Origin: Catajapyx aquilonaris
Taxonomy: Eukaryota
Length of the DNA: 64,000 bases
Direction of reading: 5' to 3'
NCBI GenBank assembly: GCA_000934665.2
Contig: JYFJ02000843.1
Location: forward strand, 1-64,000
A program made the position numbers and the translations under genes. The notes below the pieces were generated by a model that was given only the letters and a program-made list of their open reading frames with translations, did no database searches and was not told the DNA's origin. Shown here one piece after another: positions 41,201 to 50,168 of the stretch; within the stretch, counting starts at the first letter, position 1; each line of letters starts with the position of its first letter.

Positions 41201-43509
41201 GAAAATTTCAGGTCTGTACCTCCAGCAAGACGCCTGCATCGGCGGTACGAAGAGAACGCTGCACCTGTGACTCTGACAAACTTAAAACGCGATTCTAAAA
41301 AATCACTTAGGTATCCGGTGCCCTTAGCTGAAAATTTGTGCTCTTTTCAACACCGATTATTTCAATGCATTTTCTCACCAGAATGCTTAAAGGGGGTAAT
41401 GACAATCACAGCATTTTTCAAAGGCAGGTATCCCATCCATCAAGAAATACTTACAAGTAGGTGAACTCCATCTTGCTGGTTGTCTGGACACAGGTGGAGG
41501 CTGCGGATCCCAACAGGAACTTGCATTGTGCCTAGTTCAGCCCCATTGGTGAGGTCTAGAAAGGTCACCTCTCCATGTTCACCTCCCATCACACAGTATT
41601 GATCATTTGCATACGTCTGCCACCAAACCAAGCCTGTGGGCTTCTGCTTTGGGGTGGACGGAGCAAAGCTGGTCACATCTGTGGTTGACCATTTGTGTCC
41701 CACGACTATGGCCGGGTCCACCAGAGGAAACACGGGTATTATGTGCACACTTCCTTCCTCACCTAAAAAATTTAAAAAGCAACATTCAAATGTACATATT
41801 TACTTGTGCCTTTGGCACACATTTATTCTACCAATGCATGAGCACTCCCATTTATCTTTACAGCAATTAATGCCATTGTCATTTTAACCCTTTTCAAGAC
41901 CACTTCTTCAGATCGAGAAGAGTATGGTAATCTGAGCACTCACTGTCAGTGCTGTTAGGTTGATTTTTCATAACTTGTCATAATTTAAGTCTATAGCCAG
42001 CGGTTCCCCGAGAATGCACGTCTGGCACCTCCCACTTGTCAACTTTTCACAAACGACTCCCCCTCACTTTCTCCTTGGAGCATGCGTGGAAATTTGAAAA
42101 GTCGGAGGTGCCAGACGTGCATTCTCGGGGAACCGCTGGCTATAACAGTGAGTGCAGGAGCACATGTGTCCCCACATTTCTCAAGACAATAGTTTCTCAC
42201 TTCTTCAATAAACCATGTTACTAGGCTGGAAGTGACCATTACTCATCTCCCTCTGAATTCAATTTGTCCAGTTTAAGTTATGCCTTGCAATTTCATTAAT
42301 GGAATAAACATGCTGTGCTCATTTATGGCAGAATATTCCAGCCCATTACTCGTCACACGCATCAATAATTATTATATAAAAACATGTTTATTCTAAAACG
42401 GCCTTTACAATGTGGTGAATTACACAATCAGGTTAATGTGAGCATGCTGCTCTAAAAATACTTCAGAAAGCACATATTGCAACCTTCATTTAATCAAGTT
42501 TACTACTGAATGCATCAGAAATAGTTTTCTCAATCGGGTTTTCAAGGTCAATCTGTCATATACTCAGGATAAGGCTACAGATACTGGTATGAGATATCCC
42601 GAACCTGCACAGTGAACTAGAGTGACCTGTTCACAGTGTCATATTCTAATGCAAATAAAGTGCCATATATCACATCATTCATGATCTGTTGTGCCCTAGT
42701 ATAATCTTACATAAAAGGGCATGGAAACATCTATAGCCTTCTCGAAATCTATCGCATGACAAACATTTCACAAACAAACAATCAAAATTCCATTATTCAT
42801 ACTAACTGTAAATTGTCAGCAAAGGATATTACAGTACTAATTATTTTTCTTCTGAGAATTGGGGCAATTTGCCATGGCAAGTAGCCAATCAAGCTCTGTC
42901 AATTATTTGCCAACTTTTGAGATGGAACACCTCTCCAGACTTCAAACATCTTGCGAAAAGCTTCACCACGCTCTTCCAAGTCTGTCCTTTGAATATAGTG
43001 TCAATTTACTCTCAAATTTGTCAGCCTACTAATTTAACATGAAATGTCGTGAAAGGGAATTTTTTTTGTTGCATATTTAGATGCAGACAGTCAGTTTCTG
43101 TTATTGCACATGCTCTTCTAGTATAGACAACTGAATTGCATCAACTTTAACTGCCTGATAAACAAACTCATCAGCCACGACAAAAATAAACAAGGTCCAT
43201 AACCCTAATTGTGCAAGACGAAAAAAAGGAGTCCAATTACTCACTGGCTATAAGGAGCCAGGTGCCCCAGGGATCGAAGCACATGGCCGAAATCGCCTTT
43301 CCTTCCTCCACAAACCAGGGCACCTGTTTCACCACAGGAAGAGTGTTCTTGGTGTTGGTGTAGTACAGCATGACATCCCCCGTGGTGGTGACTAGTGCCA
43401 CCAGCTGCCTCCCTGCTATGACTCGATGTGCACAGAATTTTATTTCGATCAACGGCGACAGTTTGAAGTCGCATATTAGGTTAAAAAGCGGCTGCGTTGA
43501 CTGGCTCAT
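32276..43509 (-). CDS. ca: claret / GLO-4-like RCC1-repeat protein (putative GEF for Rab32/38-type Rabs, lysosome-related organelle and pigment granule biogenesis), about 1613 aa, 13 coding exons
   Basis: Exons on the minus strand: 43509-43245, 41762-41455, 40280-40004, 39686-39529, 39263-38719, 36420-36246, 36186-35981, 35863-35658, 35353-34257, 34113-33415, 33346-33191, 33105-32514, 32433-32276. All are GT-AG and phase-consistent, totalling 4842 nt. RCC1 repeats include AAGYAHSG, VSCGKHHTLALT, WGSNQYGQLG, WGWGVHGQLGHG, WGRNLDGQLGNG, VACGYDFTLA. The N-terminus is beta-propeller-like and the middle is helical. The claret name rests on recalled architecture, not on a search. Confidence 0.82.
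40445..41323. mobile_element. 879-bp foldback non-autonomous DNA transposon (TTAA target, Kolobok- or piggyBac-like) in claret intron 2
   Basis: TTAA|cggcgccggatacctaagtgattttt ... aaaaaatcacttaggtatccggtgccc|TTAG. The arms (about 40445-40865 and 40914-41323) are complementary along their length, with a roughly 50-bp spacer and no transposase ORF. Confidence 0.85.
41996..42140. mobile_element. 145-bp MITE in claret intron 1
   Basis: TATA|gccagcggttccccgagaatgcacgtctggcacctcc ... ggaggtgccagacgtgcattctcggggaaccgctggc|TATA. Perfect 37-bp TIR with TA/TATA flanks. Confidence 0.85.
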
Positions 43510-43968
43510 CTTCCTTGACTAGTCGCAATTATTTGGGTGTGGTCCTTTCACATGGGCGTGTCTCGCAAGTTAGCTTTCCATATTCCATTTTGTTGCACCC
43601 TCTGCCTGGAAATAAAAACCATGGGGGCTTTTTATCACATTGCCTGTATGCTCTCTATCCCCTCCCCATTACAAACGCATGTGTCTAACGGATCACTGCA
43701 TATATCACCAGTTGACTTAACATGCTTATCACTGGATGAACCCAGTTTACAGTGCAAACACGCAACTTGAAAGTGTAGATTGTACACGGTTGCTTCCTGA
43801 CACAGTTAGATTAAACACACTTAAAATAAACATTATGTGTTGCACACTTCGTTACAATTCATACTCGTCTTATTTTTTATTTTATTTTTTTTTTTCAAAA
43901 AAAGGAATAGAACTTATTATGTGTGGGGTCAACCCCTGACCTGCCTCACTGGGCCTCATAATGCTTAC

Positions 43969-44310
43969 CTCCGCACACTTTGAGCACCGGGTGATCCTGC
44001 CCCTGGTCCCGGCCCCCGTTCCTCTGGGATCCAGTCGCATCCAGTCCACACAACACCAGGGCTCATCTAGCACCCGGGGAGGAAACTAGAGGAGAAAAAG
44101 AACCTCCATTCCATCCCTGCCCTGCATCTTTTTTTTCTCTTCTTCTGCTTTATGAAAAAACGCACGCGCATCTCACTCCGCGCACGTTCCATCTCCATAA
44201 CTACAACACTACAACATCACACCCAGTGGAAATTAACGCATGCGCAGTCCAAGGCAACGCGCACAGTTCGGGCGGCTGTTGAATCACCAAATAATAACAA
44301 GTGTGCGCGC
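43969..44310 (-). promoter_or_regulatory. Probable non-coding first exon and promoter of the claret-like gene
   Basis: Minus-strand donor GAG|GTAAGC near 43969 and acceptor tttatttccag|43605 lie upstream of the ATG. The region is CpG-rich, with an NRF1/ewg-like ACGCATGCGCA at about 44236-44246 and GCGCGC runs. Confidence 0.5.
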
Positions 44311-45053
44311 GCAGATTAGCGGGTTATTTAATCTGTTCTTTCCTCACCCAAAAAAAGCCGTATCTTTCCGGTTGTACTCTAGTCATATGGTGCCAAGAGT
44401 GGGGCGATAAAAATGCGGATAACATTTTTTTTTAAATGAAGATTACTGATTATACAGAAATACTTGGGATTTGTACCAGCTGTGCCAACTTTTCCACTTT
44501 AAAATAACCACTCGATTTTTTTTTGGTACCTGTCCTTGACATGGTGCTAAATCCTGCGAATATGAGGCATTACAAGTGGTTAAGATTAAAATATTAGAGC
44601 TTAACTGACTCGTAATAAGTGAAGAACTTGTACAGTATGGTGCCTTATTGGTTGCAAACATTACCCAAAAAGAGATGCCAATGTGTAATAATTAGCGATT
44701 TATTAAGTCATGGCTCCAAGGAGTTACATACAACTCCTTGTGAAACTTCACAGAAAATACAACTAAATTCCATGATACTGTAATAACCATGTAACACTGG
44801 AGGAATCAGCTTTCACAAATTAAACTCTTGGGATGAAATAGGAAAGGATTCAGTGTTTCGTACAGAAAAAAAACAAAATGGATTCTAGTTGTGTTGTCCT
44901 GAAATGATCCACCTTTCCTCACATTCACACATTTTCCATTCACGCACAATACACCCACGTTCTTCATAGCTGTCCTCATTTTGTACTGAGAACAGTGAGA
45001 TTTTTTTTCTTGTTGTCTTGTCACCAAATTCAGTTCAGTAAAGGTTAAGAGTC

Positions 45054-46405
45054 TCAAGTTAGCTGGAACTGCTGAAGGTCAGAAGAATACGCGTAGATTA
45101 CGCCTTCCTGCTGTCCATTTTGGTCCGTGAGCATGTTTGTAGCCAAGGTTTGGTTTGCCGAAACAGATACTGGTCACATGAGAGAAGAAAAGAGAAAATT
45201 AGACATGCATTCACGTACAGTAATATGTAACGTCTACAATAATGAAACAAGTAGCTGTAACTTATTTTGTGCTTATACATCTGTGGATGTAAAAAATTTG
45301 CATCCAGACCATGGTAATTGAGAAGACAAAAGAATCAGCTCACCAAACGTGTCTTCCCCAAGATCTTCGAAGCTTTCGTTCGGTTGGTTAACTTTCTCCC
45401 CCTTCATAGCTTCCCTGTACTTCTGCAGATATGATTTGAGAGGCTCAACGTAGTTGTCAAAGCCAAGTGTGGACATTGCAAACAGGATGTCCTCCCCATT
45501 GATGGTCTTGCGCTTCTCCTGGTGGCAGCGATCACTCGCCTCACTCGTAATGAAGCTAATGAACTCTGACACACACTCCTGGACGCATTCACGAGCATCC
45601 TTCGCAATCTGCAAAAAAAAAACATATAATATTATTAAAAATTATTAGCTATTAGGAAATACAATGCACTTCCCATTATCCGGGCTAATGACAGCACTGC
45701 TGTTGCCGGATTATTGGACAACATAATCAAAAATATTCTTCTACATATTGTAAAAGCGAGCTGTTCAGAGGTTTTTAATGAACTACTGCACATACTGTAC
45801 TGTAAATAATGTTTAATCAAAATAATGAAACTTCCCACACATTTTTAGTTTGTCTACTGGAAAAAGTCTTATATTGTCAATAGGGGTACGCTACAATAAA
45901 TGTATAAAATAAAATAAAAGTCTTATTTCATTGTTTGCCAGCCATATTAACATTTTTTCGGACTTTTATTTTATTTATTTTCCTTTGTTTTGGCGGTGCA
46001 CTGATATGCCGCAACCGGATAATCGGGCGTACAGTGTAATTTTTAAAACTGTTACGCACCTTTCCATTGGCTGGAATGGCCTTTTTCATAATCCTCGCCA
46101 CGTTAGCAATGGGTAAAAACCTATCCTGCTCCCTCAGAGGCTGCATGGACTTGTCCCCGTCTCCTCCACCATCTTCGCTCAGCTCGCCCGCCAACTGCGC
46201 TTCCTCCTCTGCCAACAGAACACATAATTACGTGACTTGTGCGACTAGACAAGTGCGCTTTATCTATACTTTATCGTTCAGCCTTTGCCGCGCAATACAT
46301 GTACGACCCCGACTCACCGTCCGGATCCCCCTGCACGATGTACTGCGTCTCCCCAGTGAACAGACCCGCTCCCAGGTCGTCCCCGCTCTCACTATTCTCC
46401 ATCAT
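45054..46405 (-). CDS. NFYB: Nuclear transcription factor Y subunit beta (histone-fold CCAAT-binding factor), about 205 aa, 4 exons
   Basis: Exons 46405-46318, 46208-46060, 45608-45344, 45169-45054. Hallmark sequence [93 protein letters not shown]-terminus [20 protein letters not shown]. Confidence 0.96.
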
Positions 46406-46599
46406 GACCTTGTGTCGGTTCAGGCCTTCCAGCTTCGTTGCCCTTCACCCAACAGCAACCTCTTCTCCAGACACACTAGGCTGCACCTTCCTCCAGCCAG
46501 ATCTGACAACAAAATAAACACCACAAAAATGTCCAACAACAACAACAACAAACTCACCAATGTGAAGCCAAATCCTGAAACAACAACAACTCAACAACC

Positions 46600-46900
46600 A
46601 ACAACAGTGGTTCAGCTCGTGGCTCACAGGCGGCGACACTGGAGCTAACAGCTATATTAGTTATCTGTTGTTGATAGCGGCTATATTAGCTTGTGAAGCA
46701 GCGGGTTAATTACGTTTAATCTTAAATTGTGCGTAATTAATCGGATTTTTAGTAATTAGGATGGTAGTGGATATAATTCGGTTTAAGTTCCGTAATGATG
46801 TGATGCGAACACCATCTGGTGGCCATCCTGCTTCGTGGTTGTTCTTTTTTTTTCATGCAGTTTTCTTTTCGTCGTTTTCTTTTTATTTTATTTTGTTCAA
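46600..46900. promoter_or_regulatory. Bidirectional promoter region between NF-YB and UBL4A, with a CTCF-like motif
   Basis: The divergent ATGs are only 585 bp apart. GCTATATTAG occurs twice (46651, 46680). CACCATCTGGTGGCCA at 46810-46825 reads TGGCCACCAGATGGTG on the other strand. Confidence 0.6.
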
Positions 46901-46989
46901 TTTGTTGCAATTAGTCGTATGATGACTGAAGGGCTCTAGTTCCTCCCTTTTTGTGGATTGTGCTGCCTTTTTTTGATCCTTCCCCCAGC

Positions 46990-48303
46990 ATGATCCGATT
47001 GGTGATCAAGGTTCTGAATGGAGAGGAGTGCACCATTGAGGTCAGTAGAAAGAGTAATGATGAGTTGTTGGGCATGGGTTTTTTTCATGTGTGGGAATTT
47101 TTTTTGGTGTTTTCAGCTGCCGGAGGACACAACGGTGCTGGCTCTGAAGCAATGGCTGTTCCGGAAGCTGGGGTTCGCACCGTCCAGCCAGAAGCTCGTG
47201 TTCAAGGGGAAGCCGCTTACGGGTGCGGTTCACTTACAAAATATTAACAATGATTCGGTTTGAATAATATTCACAATATTTCAGATGGAAGCACGTTGAA
47301 GTCCTGCAACGTGCAAGATGGGGACAAAGTGAATCTGCTGTTCAAACGGCCGGACGCTGCAACTGCGACTCCGGATCAGACCTCGGCCCTGTCGGAAGCC
47401 ATGATGAAGTTCCTCAGAAAGCACTACAGTGCAGATGATGCAAAGAAGATAGTTCAAGAGTTTCAGAAGGTACAGAAGCGTGCCGGCAGCCGAAATTATG
47501 TTTTGAATTAATGTACACTGCTGGACATATTAGCCGTCGCTGAATGTTTTTTTCCGGCGGCTGCGGCGGCGGCGCTACCTGACAACCCTGTCTGGCGCGC
47601 CAATTCAAACATCAGCCCATGGAGAGCGCTTCCATTGTTGCCACTGTTTACAAATCGAGTGAGTGAGTGCGCAGGCAGAAGAGACCCGTCGCTGGGTCGC
47701 CCGCGTCACTCACTCGATTTGTAAACAGGCAACAATGGAAGCGCTCCCCATGGGCTGATGTTTGAATTGGCCTGCCAGACAGGGTTGCCAGGTAACGCAG
47801 CCGCCGGAAAAAAAACATTCAGCGACGGCTAAAGACCCATTCACACAGGCCGTCGACGGTTTTGGTTTTGGTTTTGGTTTTGGACCAATCAGAGCGAGCC
47901 CTCACAGTAACCATGACGCGTTGTTTATGTGAGGGCCCGTTCTGATTGGTCCGCGGCGTCGACGAGACCAAAAACCAAAACCGTCGACGGCCTGTGTGAA
48001 TGGGCCTTAATATGTCCAGCACTGTACGGAAAATGAGAGAACGATCATCAAGGTTTCCATGAGACCATCACACAACAACATATGAGTAAACAGTGTCAAC
48101 AAAAAAGCAACAATGGAGGAAACAATGATTCTCGCGTTTTCCGTACATTAGATCCTGCCTGACAGCACATGCTGTGTTGGAAGCCTTCATAATGTATTTC
48201 TCATTGACAGGAATTCCTTGTGTCTGTGTCCTCCTTGAGTTTGGACGACCTGGAGCGAATGGCATCCGCACAGCTTGAGGATGAGAAGTCTGGAGTCAAG
48301 TAG
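46990..48303 (+). CDS. UBL4A: Ubiquitin-like protein 4A (Get5/GdX; BAG6-GET4 complex), about 144 aa, 4 exons
   Basis: Exons 46990-47040, 47117-47222, 47285-47469, 48211-48303. Ubiquitin-like domain MIRLVIKVLNGEECTIELPEDTTVLALKQ..SSQKLVFKGKPLTDGSTLKSCNVQDGDKVNLLFK, with no terminal GG. C-terminal TUGS-type FLRKHYSADDAKKIVQEF..LSLDDLERMA. AATAAA at 48710. Confidence 0.9.
47533..47829. mobile_element. 297-bp palindromic MITE A (TA TSD)
   Basis: TA|gccgtcgctgaatgtttttttccggcggctgcg ... cgcagccgccggaaaaaaaacattcagcgacggc|TA. The arms are complementary for roughly 130 bp, up to tttacaaatcgagtgagtga. Confidence 0.85.
47833..48007. mobile_element. 175-bp palindromic MITE B (TAA TSD, PIF/Harbinger Tourist-like)
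   Basis: TAA|agacccattcacacaggccgtcgacggttttggtttt ... aaaaccaaaaccgtcgacggcctgtgtgaatgggcct|TAA. Confidence 0.85.
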
Positions 48304-49325
48304 CAATAACAAACAAGGAACAGCCTTCATTCCCTCCCCCCCTTCACCGCTATGTATAAATACTGTCGCTTGTAACACACACACACCCTTATGCAAAAGG
48401 AGCATCTATTTTGAGCAATATTTTTTACCTCCACAATATTCTTTGTTTCACGTTTGATCATGTGGTTATAATTCATGTGACTGAGGAATGTGCAGGTCAC
48501 GACATGTGGTAATAGTGTGTGAGTGAGTAGAGTGTTTGTCGGATTCATAGAGACTAATAGAAGAACAAGGTATGAATTTGTATCTGTCACCATTTTAAAA
48601 ATGTTGCTGGACGTACCACACTGGAATAATGAACTTCATACACTTAGTTTTCGTCAGTGATCATGCCATATTAATTCATCTAGTGAGACTTTGTTTAAAA
48701 GTAAGTGTAAATAAAAGGTACCAGATATTTATACCTTGTGCTGTGACCTCTATTTGCATTCCTTTGATGAAACATGTTTTCCGTTATCCCGAGATGCTTG
48801 TGTGTAGTTATCATCCTGTTAAACCTTCAACTTGCATACAAACTGCGGTTTTTGCACTTGTGGATAGGACTCAGTTGGTAAAGCTGCTGTTGATAATGAG
48901 AATATTGTCTGAAAACATACCCATTCAGTGTAAAATAAAACAATGATATCATCTAAAACAACTTGGCAAACCCTATACACTATCACACACTAGATTTAAT
49001 AATGGCACATCTCCAGATATGCATGTGCAGGAGATTTTGTAGTGACTCCAGAAAATGTACACAGTTGCATTCTCAACCTGGAGAAGACCATTTTGCGTAG
49101 GAGTTATTATTTTGGTGATTATGGCCTATTCAGCAAAGTTACTGGCTTGAAGCACTATCCTGACAGGTTCCGTTTTCCTTGTTATTTCAAACAAACAGTT
49201 CCTGACTTTAGCATGAAGTTTTGATATAAAGTGTGAGAAAATTAAGTACTGGTGGCCAGGGCCGTATTACTGAAGGGGCCGAAGGGGCACATGCCCCAGG
49301 CCCAACGAAATTTAGGGGCCCTGAT

Positions 49326-49555
49326 TGTTCAATCACCCGGGATTTAGAGCCTAGCGATTACCATCTGTCCATGGACAGGAAGAAATGGCTTGCAAAGCAG
49401 AAGGTTGACGATGACGAGGAGTTGCAATCCAGCGTTCCAGTGATAGCGGAAATGGCTGGCGGCAGACTCTATGACATAGGCCAACAAAATATTGTGCAAC
49501 TCAATGAAAAATGCCTCGATTTGTTTGGGAACTTTTTTTGAAAAAAAAAAGTAGA
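49326..49555 (+). mobile_element. Degenerate mariner transposase C-terminal relic
   Basis: Translation ..DLEPSDYHLSMDRKKWLAKQKVDDDEELQSSV..LYDIGQQNIVQLNEKCLDLFGNFF(EK) follows the mariner pattern SPDLAPSDYHLF..F..DEE....V......FY..GI.KL..R..KC....G.Y.EK. It is frame-disrupted and lacks the N-terminal part. Confidence 0.8.
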
Positions 49556-50168
49556 CAGTTGTTCATATGTGGGAATAAAAATTTGGGGACGCAATGTCCA
49601 AACTGCATATTAGTACAGTATAATTAAATATTATTAGTTGTAAATAATGTGAACAAGACATTAAATACCATCCGACTGATCCGAGTTATATTTGGGCCAA
49701 TTTTATTCCAGACCAACAGCCACATCACACTTCCATAGAGAAGTGCTTGAAACAAAGATCACTAATGCAGCCTCCTATCCTTCATCTTTTCATCTCTTCC
49801 AATTCCAGGCTATCCTGGAAGACCTGCAACCCACCCATCACTCCACATCTCCCAAAGACGCCTCCAGATACAAAAATCGGCGCCGTCTCCGTCGCCCCCA
49901 TCCACTACCGCCACCTGGTCGTCGGGCGATGGCGTCGGCGTCGTCAGCGTCGCCCTCCTAAGGGGTAGAGGGGGGGGAGGGGATCCACCCCATCCCCCCC
50001 AACCCTATAGAGTAGTACCTGGAATCCGAATATAGCCAGAGGACGAGCAGCGGGTGTGGGTTCTGGGTGGGTCCAGCCAAGATCTTACCAGGGAGGCTGC
50101 TGGCTGGGGTGTGAGAAGAGGCCATCTCCAGGAGGGTCGGGTCTTCTCTGCTATGCAGCAGAAGGACG

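Larger units (their letters stand above)
47516..48024. mobile_element. Minimal Tc1-like palindrome split by two inserted MITEs
   Basis: Left half TA|cactgctggacatatta, right half taatatgtccagcactg|TA. Removing the two inserts restores a roughly 32-bp near-perfect palindrome with Tc1-type CAGTGCTGG ends. Confidence 0.65.

Noticed and set aside
40367..41464. Similar ORFs on opposite strands (40367-40672, 40419-40715, 40984-41166, 41150-41464)
   Set aside because: They are by-products of the foldback arms and carry no transposase motifs.
46067..46648. 193-aa + strand ORF
   Set aside because: Antisense shadow of NF-YB exons 1-2 plus CAA-rich UTR sequence.
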